From Dehalococcoidia bacterium (lineage in GTDB: Bacteria > Chloroflexota > Dehalococcoidia > Lucifugimonadales > UBA3495), in the NCBI GenBank assembly GCA_965116565.1, contig OZ220699.1:3658858-3722857 (forward strand): a stretch of 64,000 nt of DNA, written 5' to 3'. The position numbers were made by a program, and so were the translations under genes. Position 1 is the stretch's first letter. Every line of letters starts with the position of its first letter. Positions 46,601 through 54,928 of the stretch are shown piece by piece. The notes below the pieces were generated by a model. It had not been told where the DNA came from. It was given only the letters and a program-made list of their open reading frames with translations, and searched no databases.

Positions 46601-46819
46601 ATGCAGTGCCAAATGTGCGGCAAGGCCGGCATGACCGGCAACAACGTCAGCCACTCCAACCGCAGGACCAAGACCCGGTGGAAGGCCAACGTACATAAGC
46701 AGACGCTCTCCATCAACGGCAAGCCCACCCGCGTCAAGATCTGCTCCCGCTGCCTGCGGACGATGTACAAGCCGCCGCGGGGCCCCAAGGCCAGGGCGAG
46801 AGCCGCGGCAACGACCTAG
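46601..46819 (+). CDS. rpmB: 50S ribosomal protein L28
   Basis: CQMCGKAGMTGNNVSHSNRRTKTRWKANVH is the L28 signature. Confidence 0.9.
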   Translation: MQCQMCGKAGMTGNNVSHSNRRTKTRWKANVHKQTLSINGKPTRVKICSRCLRTMYKPPRGPKARARAAATT

Positions 46820-46883
46820 CCTGCGTTGGCCCGCCCTCGGCGGGTCATCACAACCTTAACGGCTGGACCAGGGCGAGGTCGGC

Positions 46884-47399
46884 ATGACCACCGTACCCGA
46901 TTTGCCACCGCCCGGCGTGCAGAGCGACGAGGACCGTCGCCAGATGAGCCGTATTTTCATAGCCCACGCCCGCGAAGAACTGGCGAAAGGCAGCCGGCTG
47001 CAGGCTGGCGAAAAGGCGTGGGGCGCAGTGGTGCACCCGTTCAAAGTCATTGCGGAGCAGCGGGGCTGGCCGCACGAGTCGCACCAGGACGTTTACAACG
47101 TCTCCAGCCAGATCGCGCTCGAATACGGCTTTGACCATGACCAAAGCCTGGCCCTGTCGGACGCCTACCGGGTCGGCCACCAGAACTTTTACGAAAATTA
47201 TCACCACGCGGAAACGCTGGCCGATATGATCGATCGAGTTGAGGGCTTGTTGCCGTACCTGATTCAGCTCACGACCACGCCGCCGCGTCCGTTCACCATC
47301 ACCAGCAACACCCAGTTGCGGCGGCTGCGGCGGCTCACCCGCGACGACAGTCTGGAGATTGGCGACACATCTCCGGCAGGTTTTTCCAAGAAACACTAG
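46884..47399 (+). CDS. PaREP1/HEPN-like helical protein
   Basis: ..LQAGEKAWGAVVHPFKVIAEQRGWPHESHQDV.. is paralogous to 33561-33917. The start may be ATG 46944. Confidence 0.45.
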   Translation: MTTVPDLPPPGVQSDEDRRQMSRIFIAHAREELAKGSRLQAGEKAWGAVVHPFKVIAEQRGWPHESHQDVYNVSSQIALEYGFDHDQSLALSDAYRVGHQNFYENYHHAETLADMIDRVEGLLPYLIQLTTTPPRPFTITSNTQLRRLRRLTRDDSLEIGDTSPAGFSKKH

Positions 47400-48091
47400 C
47401 CGCCGGGCGTCAACCCCACCACGCTCTGTCGCAACGTCGCCATTGCCTCGGCAACCGACTGTTCGCGGTTGAAGATGGCAGTCCCGGCCACGAGTATTCC
47501 CGCGCCGGCCGAAACCGAATCGCGGGCCGTATCATCGGCTTTGACGCCGCCGTCAACTTCCAGCTGAGTCCCGTACCCGTTCTCCTGGATGATTCCGTAG
47601 AGGCGACGCAGCTTTCCCAAGGCCGAAGGGATGAACGACTGTCCGCCGAAACCCGGGTTCACGGTCATCACCAGCACGATGTCCAGGTCCGGCAGCACCT
47701 CCTCCACCGCCGCGATGGGCGTGGCGGGGTTGATGGCAACGCCAACCTGGCATCCCTGTTCTTTGACGAGGCCGATGGTGCGGTGCAGGTGGGGACAGGC
47801 TTCGGCGTGCACCAGCACCTGGTCGGTGCTGCCCTTGACCAGGCCGGGCAGCAGGCGGTCCGGTTCGTGGACCATCAGGTGCAGGTTGAGCGGCAGGTCG
47901 GTGGCGGTACGGATGGCATCCACGACCACCTCGCCGAAGGAGATGTTGGGTACGAAACGGCCGTCCATTATGTCCACGTGGATCAGGTCGGCGCCGGCCT
48001 CGTCCGCGTCTTTGACCTGCCGGGCCAAGCGGCCGAAATCCGCCGCCAGCACTGAGGGCGCGACCTGCACGTGGGCAGCCGTGGTCGTCAT
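47396..48091 (-). CDS. rpe: ribulose-phosphate 3-epimerase
   Basis: APSVLAADFGRL, HVDIMDGRFVPN and MTVNPGFGGQSF. Confidence 0.92.
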   Translation of the reverse strand: MTTTAAHVQVAPSVLAADFGRLARQVKDADEAGADLIHVDIMDGRFVPNISFGEVVVDAIRTATDLPLNLHLMVHEPDRLLPGLVKGSTDQVLVHAEACPHLHRTIGLVKEQGCQVGVAINPATPIAAVEEVLPDLDIVLVMTVNPGFGGQSFIPSALGKLRRLYGIIQENGYGTQLEVDGGVKADDTARDSVSAGAGILVAGTAIFNREQSVAEAMATLRQSVVGLTPGG

Positions 48092-49434
48092 ATCGCGCTG
48101 GCCTCCCGCAGAATCTTTTTGGCTCGGGCGAGGCCGTCGGCGACGCGGTTGGGCGCGGTCCCGCCGGGATTGTCGCGAGCGGCCACCGAGGCTGCGGCGG
48201 TGATGGCATACACGTCAGCGTCGAAGTGAGGTGAGAAACCCCGGTACTCGTCCAGGGGCAGGTCCGAAAGTGACTTGCCCTCCGCCTCGCAGTGCTGGCA
48301 CAGCCGCCGCATCACGCCGTGAGCCTCCCGAAACGGTACGCCCTTACCCACCAGGTAGTCGGCCAGATCCGTCGCCAGCATATAGCTCTCGCCCGCCAGC
48401 GACTCGACTCGGTCGGCATTGAGGGTCATTCCCGGCAGCATATCGGCGAACACGCGGAGGGTGGACAGCAGTGTGTCCACGGTGTCGAAGAAGCCCTCCT
48501 TGTCTTCCTGCAAATCGCGGTTGTAGGTGAGGGGCAGGCCCTTGAGCACGGTCAGGATTCCCATCAGGCTGCCGTACACCCGGCCCGTTTTGCCGCGGGC
48601 GATCTCGGCGAAGTCGGGGTTGCGCTTCTGGGGCATGATGCTGCTGCCGGTGGTGAACTCGTCGGCAAGGCGCACGAAGTCGAACTCGCGGCTGGACCAG
48701 ATGACGATCTCCTCGGACAGTCGGGATACGTGCATCATGGTGATGGCTGCTGCTCCGTGGAACTCGGCCAGAAAATCGCGGTCGGCCACGGCATCCATGC
48801 TGTTGGGGCTGATCTCGCCGAACTCAAGGGATTCGGCCACCGCGTGGCGGTCCGTGGGATAGGGGACGCCGGCCAACGCCCCGCTCCCCAGAGGCAGAAC
48901 GTCCATCCGGGCGGCGCAGTCGGTGAACCGCCCGATGTCCCGCTGAAACATCTCGAAATAGGCCAGCATGTGATGGGCGAACAGCACAGGTTGGGCCCGC
49001 TGCAGGTGAGTGTAACCGGGCATCACCACGCCGGCGTGCCGCTCCGCCAATCCGGTCAACGCCCGCTGAACGTCGCGCAACGCGGAGTTGACGTCGGCGA
49101 TGGCCTGGCGGGTGTACAGCCGCATGTCCAGGGCGATCTGGTCGTTGCGAGACCGCCCGGTGTGCAGGCGCCCCGCCGCCGGCCCGATCAGGTCGGTAAG
49201 CCGGCGCTCGATGTTCATGTGCAGGTCCTCGAGAGCCGGATCCCACGGGAACTCCCCGCGTTCGATCTCGTCCTGCACCTGGCCCAGGCCCGCGATGATG
49301 CTATCGGCGTCATCCCGCGTGATGATGCCCTGCTTGGCCAGCATGGCGGCGTGGGCCCTGGAGCCGGCGATGTCCTGGCGATACAGGCGCCGGTCATAGT
49401 GGATGGAAACGGTGTAGTCGCTGTGGTCGGTCAT
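48088..49434 (-). CDS. argH: argininosuccinate lyase
   Basis: ..RLHTGRSRNDQIALDMRLY.. and GSSIMPQKRNPD (fumarate-lyase signature). 4-nt overlap with rpe. Confidence 0.92.
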   Translation of the reverse strand: MTDHSDYTVSIHYDRRLYRQDIAGSRAHAAMLAKQGIITRDDADSIIAGLGQVQDEIERGEFPWDPALEDLHMNIERRLTDLIGPAAGRLHTGRSRNDQIALDMRLYTRQAIADVNSALRDVQRALTGLAERHAGVVMPGYTHLQRAQPVLFAHHMLAYFEMFQRDIGRFTDCAARMDVLPLGSGALAGVPYPTDRHAVAESLEFGEISPNSMDAVADRDFLAEFHGAAAITMMHVSRLSEEIVIWSSREFDFVRLADEFTTGSSIMPQKRNPDFAEIARGKTGRVYGSLMGILTVLKGLPLTYNRDLQEDKEGFFDTVDTLLSTLRVFADMLPGMTLNADRVESLAGESYMLATDLADYLVGKGVPFREAHGVMRRLCQHCEAEGKSLSDLPLDEYRGFSPHFDADVYAITAAASVAARDNPGGTAPNRVADGLARAKKILREASAI

Positions 49435-49446
49435 GGGCGGCTCTCA

Positions 49447-49469
49447 CCCTCTCACATCAAGGGAGAGGG
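49447..49469. repeat. REP hairpin CCCTCTC-ACATCAAGG-GAGAGGG
   Basis: Related to CCCTCTCC-CATCAAA-GGAGAGGG at 38242-38264. Confidence 0.5.
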
Positions 49470-49473
49470 GACG

Positions 49474-50289
49474 TCAGGCATCGAGGTAGGCGAAGCTGGC
49501 GGCCAGGTTGTCGAACACGTCGTCCGCCGACGGGATCTCCATCACGGCGGGGCCATCGTAGGCCTTGCCTTCCAGGATGCGACGCATCGCGTGGCAGTCC
49601 AGGTCGCCGTCGTCAACGCTACCGATGGCGACGCCGTCGCGGGCCTGTTTGAAGTGGACGATCTTGATGTAGTCGGCGGGCAGGTTCGCCAGTTCGTCCA
49701 GCGGGCTGCTGTCGGGATGGCGGCGCAACTGGTTGGCGGGATCGGGGCACAGGCCGAGGTATTGGCCCTCATCATCAGTCAGTTGGGCGCGGGCTTCCTG
49801 TACCAGCAGGGCCATGGATCGCAGCGGTTGGCCGGAGTTTTCCATGGAGAATATGACGCCCTGGCGTGCTGCCTCCCTCACCAGCGGCACGATGCGCGCG
49901 GCGGGTTCGGCAACGTCGGCCGGGGATTCCCACGGAGTGTCGGATGCGCCGGGATCGACGGTGCGCAGGTGGGGGTTTCCGCCGCCCACCAGGCGCGCTG
50001 CCTCAAGCTGGGACTGGTACAGCCCGCCCTGGGCATCAATGTCGGTGGTGATGCAGGGCAGGGCAACGGCCAGGTCAAAGGTGAGGTCCGGGAAACGGAC
50101 CACCACGTCGGCCAGCGTTTCAAGGTTGGGCCGCCAGGCGTTGCCCTCGCCGGACTCGGCAGTGGCGAGGCAGGTCTGTCTCAATTCGACGTGGCGCGCG
50201 CCTCGCGATTGCGCCTCCGCGATCAGGTCGCCCAGATCGGAGTCGTCAAGCTGGTTGCGCCAGGAGTTGGTTATCGCACCGTAGATCAT
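49474..50289 (-). CDS. sugar phosphate isomerase/epimerase (xylose isomerase-like TIM barrel)
   Basis: About 271 aa with the general AP-endonuclease-2/TIM-barrel pattern. Start at ATG 50289 after AGGAGG. Confidence 0.6.
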   Translation of the reverse strand: MIYGAITNSWRNQLDDSDLGDLIAEAQSRGARHVELRQTCLATAESGEGNAWRPNLETLADVVVRFPDLTFDLAVALPCITTDIDAQGGLYQSQLEAARLVGGGNPHLRTVDPGASDTPWESPADVAEPAARIVPLVREAARQGVIFSMENSGQPLRSMALLVQEARAQLTDDEGQYLGLCPDPANQLRRHPDSSPLDELANLPADYIKIVHFKQARDGVAIGSVDDGDLDCHAMRRILEGKAYDGPAVMEIPSADDVFDNLAASFAYLDA

Positions 50290-50455
50290 GGTAGCCCTCC
50301 TCATTTCCAGGCTCCGTCGCGTCGGCGAAAACTATACCGCATTTGGGCCCGCGATGGACAGGATGCCAGGCGGCATGAAGATGACGGTGCCAACCCTGCC
50401 GGCGGGAACGCCTATGCTAGAATTGGCACAAACCAACGATACAGGAGGCCTCAGG

Positions 50456-50815
50456 ATGGCCGAGCTATACAGCGAACGATGCACCGCCTGCCGGCGCGAT
50501 TCGCCGCACGTTACCGACGAAGAAATCGCCGTGCTGCACCCCTCAGTGATCGACTGGGCGTTGATTGATGAGTCGGGCATTCCCAAGCTGGACCGGCAGT
50601 TCAAGTTCCGCAACTTCGTGCAGGCCCTGGATTTCACCAACGCGCTGGGCGAGCTGGCGGAGTCCGAAGGGCATCACCCGCGCCTGACCACCGAGTGGGG
50701 TCGCGTCAGCGTGACCTGGTGGACGCACAAAATCCGCAACCTGCACCGCAATGACTTCATCATGGCGGCGAAGACGGATCAGATATACGCCGAGCACGCA
50801 CCGGCGGAGGGGTAG
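50456..50815 (+). CDS. phhB: pterin-4a-carbinolamine dehydratase
   Basis: ..FKFRNFVQALDFTNALGELAESEGHHPRLTTEWGRVSVTWWTH.. is the PCD signature. Start at ATG 50456 after AGGAGG. Confidence 0.85.
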   Translation: MAELYSERCTACRRDSPHVTDEEIAVLHPSVIDWALIDESGIPKLDRQFKFRNFVQALDFTNALGELAESEGHHPRLTTEWGRVSVTWWTHKIRNLHRNDFIMAAKTDQIYAEHAPAEG

Positions 50816-50821
50816 CAATTG

Positions 50822-51143
50822 ATGTATGCCGTTCCTGACATACCTGCCGCACCTAGAGAAAAGATGAACCGAGTTTTCGCCACCTAACCGGAGTTGATGG
50901 CGGTAACGCTGTACGGCTCCCGCGCCACTGGCTAGGCGAAACCGCGCTCCGACTTCGACTTGGCCACCCACGGCATCACCGATCACTACCGGCCGGGTCG
51001 GCCGGCGTTGGATTTGGAGGATCTGAACATCCCGCAGAAGTGCGACGTGCAGGCGTGCGAAAGCATGAACCAACGGTCGCTGCAACGGCATATTGACGAG
51101 GTGGGTATCGAGATTTACCGGAGGAAGGAAGGATACAAGACGG
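50822..51143 (+). pseudogene. MNT-type nucleotidyltransferase with two in-frame stops
   Basis: One frame reads MYAVPDIPAAPREKMNRVFAT*PELMAVTLYGSRATG*AKPRSDFDLATHG..DLEDLNIPQKCDV..GIEIYRR. The stops are TAA 50885-50887 and TAG 50933-50935. The TAG sits where GSRArGeA normally has Glu. Confidence 0.65.
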
Positions 51144-51623
51144 ATGGACTTGAACACGCGGAAGGAACGGTTTTCACTGGCATATATCAACGCCGTGGCA
51201 ACTTATGCAAACTGCGAGGTAATGGAGCCGAAGGTTGACCGAGGTAGCGTGGATGGCTTTCTAGTGGGACCGGCCCGAGGGCGTGACCTAATCAGATTCC
51301 AAGCCAAGGCCACTGAACGGAATGTAGTACGAGGCAACCAACTGCATTTTCCGCTACCGGTGCGCGATTACAACCATATGCGCAACGCCGACGCTCCTTT
51401 CGTGCTGATTGTGGTTCGGTTGCCGGACGATGAGAGTCAATGGTTGACGCAAACCGATAATGAGCTTTGCCTGCGCTATTGCGGTTATTGGCTTTCACTG
51501 GCAGATTATCCATCGACCGCTAACACTGCCACTGTGACGGTTCACATTCCATTGGCAAATATTTTCAGTAGTTCTCGACTCACCGAATTGATCGTCCAAG
51601 CGGCAAGAGGAGAACAATTATGA
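51144..51623 (+). CDS. DUF4365-like PD-(D/E)xK nuclease-fold protein
   Basis: ..ERFSLAYINAVA..VDRGSVDGFL..IRFQAKAT..PFVLIVV.. follows the DUF4365 pattern (D.G.DG / Q.K). Start placed at ATG 51144. GC is lower. Confidence 0.6.
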   Translation: MDLNTRKERFSLAYINAVATYANCEVMEPKVDRGSVDGFLVGPARGRDLIRFQAKATERNVVRGNQLHFPLPVRDYNHMRNADAPFVLIVVRLPDDESQWLTQTDNELCLRYCGYWLSLADYPSTANTATVTVHIPLANIFSSSRLTELIVQAARGEQL

Positions 51624-52447
51624 AGGTGCAAATACGAGACCATGAGGCGCTGGAGTCATTAACCGCTGCCGGCTTGCGGGAATATCTGGAAGCAAATGGC
51701 TGGTCTTACGCTGGACACTGGGGAGAGCGCCCTATCGTCATATACAGCAAGGAGCAAGATGCTCGGAAGTGGGAGATACTGGTCCCACTCCGAGATACCG
51801 CCAGTGACTACGCCGAGATGCTGGGTTTGGCAGTTACCACTCTGGCCGAGGCTGAAGATAGGTCTCAGTTGGACGTGTTTGGCGACCTGACCAACTGGAG
51901 CATCGACCGGGCACCACCGACCAATCACGGAGAGACAAAGAAAGCACCCAACATCTGGCGCGTTGGCGCTGAGAAAGGCAAGTACACCGAACATTTCGTG
52001 GCCGGCGGATATGCGGCGGCTGGCTGGATACGAGGCGTCGACCTGACCGAGGTCAAGGAGAAAGAAGAATTTAAACGGCTTTTTCGGAAAGAGAATTCCT
52101 CCGCCACGCCCGCTCAGGTTAATGGTAACGCAGCGCAAATCCGTCGCTTTATAGTGGAAATCAAGCCCGGAGATTACATCATCACGCCAACAACGACGTA
52201 CAACTTGCTACGATATGGCCGCGTCAAATCCGGCGTTTACTACAAGGCCGAGCCCGACGACGGCTGTCCGTTCCCGCACCGTCGCCAGGTCGATTGGGCC
52301 AAGCGACCTCTGAATAGCCAGGAATTCCCCCAAAAACTCTACAATGCGATGAAATTTCCTCAATTGACAGTGTACTCGGTTCGTCATCGGGAACAGTTCC
52401 TAGCGGCGGTCGTCGAGTCACTGTGGCTAAACGCTCGTTGGCTGTGA
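51620..52447 (+). CDS. two-domain hypothetical protein (unknown N-domain + module resembling N-termini of McrB/Mrr-type restriction proteins)
   Basis: The ATGA overlap with the upstream stop suggests translational coupling. The C-terminal half (IWRVGAEKGKYTEHFVAGGYAAAGW..IRRFIVEIKPGDYIITP..YGRVKSGVYY..PHRRQVDW) resembles an unnamed module I recall from restriction ATPases and nucleases. Confidence 0.5.
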   Translation: MKVQIRDHEALESLTAAGLREYLEANGWSYAGHWGERPIVIYSKEQDARKWEILVPLRDTASDYAEMLGLAVTTLAEAEDRSQLDVFGDLTNWSIDRAPPTNHGETKKAPNIWRVGAEKGKYTEHFVAGGYAAAGWIRGVDLTEVKEKEEFKRLFRKENSSATPAQVNGNAAQIRRFIVEIKPGDYIITPTTTYNLLRYGRVKSGVYYKAEPDDGCPFPHRRQVDWAKRPLNSQEFPQKLYNAMKFPQLTVYSVRHREQFLAAVVESLWLNARWL

Positions 52448-52497
52448 ACCAGTTGACCAGCTCATCAAACACTCGTTTTGAACAGGAGCCACCACCA

Positions 52498-53520
52498 ATG
52501 AGAGTTGTTTATTCACTGAGATCGCGGGAGTTTGACGGCGTGGCCGCCGAGGCGGCGTGGGCAGAATCGGCGGGTTATGACGGCGTTTCAACCAATGAAA
52601 CGGCGCACGATTCGTTCCTGCCCCTGGCGGTGGCCGCCACGTCCACCAGCCGGGTCACGCTGGAAACCCACGTTGCCATCGCCTTCCCGCGATCGCCCAT
52701 GGTGGTGGCATACACCGCACGCGACCTGCAGGACGGCAGCGGCGGACGGTTCCGGCTGGGGCTTGGCACCCAGGTCAAGGGGCACATTGAGCGGCGGTTT
52801 TCCACCCGGTGGACCGGCTCGGCGGGGTCGAGGCTGCGCGAGTACGTGCAGTCGCTGCGCGCGATCTGGAACTGCTGGGAAACTGGCAGCAACCTGGAAT
52901 ACCAGGGCGACTTCTACCAGTTCTCGTTGATGACACCGTTCTTCAGCCCCGGCCCCAGCGAGTACAACCCGCCCGAGGTGTACACCGCAGCGGTGAACGG
53001 GTACAACTGCCTGGTGGCCGGAGAGGTCAGCGACGGCCTGATGCTGCACAGCCTGACCTCACCCGAGTACATCCGGCAGGTGGTTCAGCCCAACGTGGCC
53101 GAGGGCGCGCGGCGGGCCGGACGCAACCCGGAGGACGTGAACATCGTGGGCGGCGGGTTCATCGTGACCGGGCCGAACCGGGAGGCCATCCGGCAGCAGG
53201 CAGAGGAAACCCGCCGCCGCATATCCTTCTACTCCTCCACTCGGACGTACTTCCCGGTGCTGGAGTGCCACGGCTTCGAGGATATCGGCACGGAACTGCA
53301 CCGGCTGTCCCGCGAAGGCAAGTGGGACGAGATGCCCGGCCTGGTGCCGGACGAGATGCTGAACGCCTTTGCCACCATCGGCGAATATGACGAGATCGCC
53401 GGCAAGTTCCGGGAAAAGTACGGCGACCTGGTGGACGAAATGCACTTCTCGTTTGATGCGCCCACGGACGCCGAACAGGCCCAACTGCAACGCATCGTGC
53501 GGGACCTCCAGGAACTGTAG
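52498..53520 (+). CDS. LLM-class F420-dependent oxidoreductase
   Basis: ..AESAGYDGVSTNETAHDSFLPLA.., ..VAIAFPRSPMVVAYTARDL.. and RFRLGLGTQV. Start at ATG 52498 after AGGAG. Confidence 0.8.
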   Translation: MRVVYSLRSREFDGVAAEAAWAESAGYDGVSTNETAHDSFLPLAVAATSTSRVTLETHVAIAFPRSPMVVAYTARDLQDGSGGRFRLGLGTQVKGHIERRFSTRWTGSAGSRLREYVQSLRAIWNCWETGSNLEYQGDFYQFSLMTPFFSPGPSEYNPPEVYTAAVNGYNCLVAGEVSDGLMLHSLTSPEYIRQVVQPNVAEGARRAGRNPEDVNIVGGGFIVTGPNREAIRQQAEETRRRISFYSSTRTYFPVLECHGFEDIGTELHRLSREGKWDEMPGLVPDEMLNAFATIGEYDEIAGKFREKYGDLVDEMHFSFDAPTDAEQAQLQRIVRDLQEL

Positions 53521-53529
53521 CAACGAAAG

Positions 53530-54318
53530 TTGACTGAGGAATATCCATCTGAAATTGAACTTGACCCTCAGCGGTTCAAGCTGGGCAGCGAATCGGAACT
53601 CACCTACCGGCTGAAGTGGGAAGCCTGGGAGTGGCTGTACTGCGTGGCCCGCTGCCGTTGCATCGGGCTGGAGGTGCGGCTGCAAGGCCCGTGGGGGTCG
53701 GTGATTGACGTGGTGGGCGTCGGCCCGGCCAACACGATCTACGTGATGGAGGTCAAGGTGTCCCGGTCGGATTTCGCGCGGGACAACCACACCGACGCTG
53801 ACCTTGCCCGCCTGCGCAAGCGGGCCGATTCATTGGCGCGACGAATCGAGCTGGCGGATGCGCCATCATACCGGACGTCTGCTGGCGACCTGGACCGGTT
53901 GCTGCAAGAACAGGAACGACTGCGCGAACGACTGGCTACCGTATCCACCAAGTTCCACGACCCGCGGTTTTTGAGTATCGCCGACTATCACTACATCATG
54001 GCGCCCCGGGGCGTCGTGCTGGCCGAAATGCTGGCCGGCGGATGGGGTCTGCTGGAGCAGGGTCCGCGAGAGGTCGTGGCAGCGCCCACCAAGCACATAC
54101 GGAAGAACGGTGGCATCATGTCCAACGTGCTGCGGTCGGTGGCGCGGGCCAACTCAACGGCTATGATGCGGGCGCACGGGGTACGGTTCGGGAGCGACGG
54201 GGCTGTTTTTCCGCGCCCCGGTGACGAGCGCTTTCCCGCGTACGTGCGGGGCGAACAGGCGACAAACAGGACCGCAACGGCAATCACGGAGGATAAGCAT
54301 GGCTGCCATCAAGATTGA
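53530..54318 (+). CDS. MmcB-like PD-(D/E)xK nuclease-fold protein
   Basis: ..SVIDVVGVGPANTIYVMEVKVSRSDFARD.. and ..ADYHYIMAP..GWGLL.. resemble the MmcB/DUF1052 layout with an inserted coiled-coil. TTG start. Confidence 0.4.
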   Translation: MTEEYPSEIELDPQRFKLGSESELTYRLKWEAWEWLYCVARCRCIGLEVRLQGPWGSVIDVVGVGPANTIYVMEVKVSRSDFARDNHTDADLARLRKRADSLARRIELADAPSYRTSAGDLDRLLQEQERLRERLATVSTKFHDPRFLSIADYHYIMAPRGVVLAEMLAGGWGLLEQGPREVVAAPTKHIRKNGGIMSNVLRSVARANSTAMMRAHGVRFGSDGAVFPRPGDERFPAYVRGEQATNRTATAITEDKHGCHQD

Positions 54319-54904
54319 TCCTGGGCAAACGGCGCTCCTGATCCAGGACATGCAGAACGAGTTGATCAAGGGCGGCGCGATGCCGGTGCAGCCGTACTCG
54401 GGCGAGGAGATCATTGCCAACAGCGTTCGATTGCTGGAAAAGGCCCGCGCCGTCGGCATGCCGGTGATCTACGTGGTGGTGAACCGCCGGCCGGATCGTC
54501 GGGACGCGCCGCGGCCGCCCTTCGGGGCGCCGGCCAGCGCGTCGGACGCAGGACCACGCCTCACGGCCGGTACGCACGATGCGGAGGTGGTATCCGAGCT
54601 TGCGCCGGATCCCGAGGACCCGGTTGTTATCAAGCACACGACCAGCCCATTCAACACCACTGACATCGAGGTGTACCTGCGCCGGTTCGGCATCACCACG
54701 CTGGTCCTGACGGGCTATTCCACCACGGGCGTAGTGGAGGGATCGCTGCGCGACGCCAAGGACAAGGACTACGACTGCATCGTGGTGCGGGACTGCTGCG
54801 CGGGCGGCACGTCCACCGAGCACGACGTGTGCATGGACATCATCTTCCCGCGCATGGCGTGGGTGGCGACGGCGGACGAGGTTATTGGGGCGATTGAGGA
54901 GTAG
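54299..54904 (+). CDS. isochorismatase-family cysteine hydrolase
   Basis: ..TALLIQDMQNE.. and ..LVLTGYSTTGVVEGSLRDA... Start at ATG 54299 after GGAGG. Confidence 0.75.
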   Translation: MAAIKIDPGQTALLIQDMQNELIKGGAMPVQPYSGEEIIANSVRLLEKARAVGMPVIYVVVNRRPDRRDAPRPPFGAPASASDAGPRLTAGTHDAEVVSELAPDPEDPVVIKHTTSPFNTTDIEVYLRRFGITTLVLTGYSTTGVVEGSLRDAKDKDYDCIVVRDCCAGGTSTEHDVCMDIIFPRMAWVATADEVIGAIEE

Positions 54905-54928
54905 GCGGTCGGTACGAACCGGATTCGA

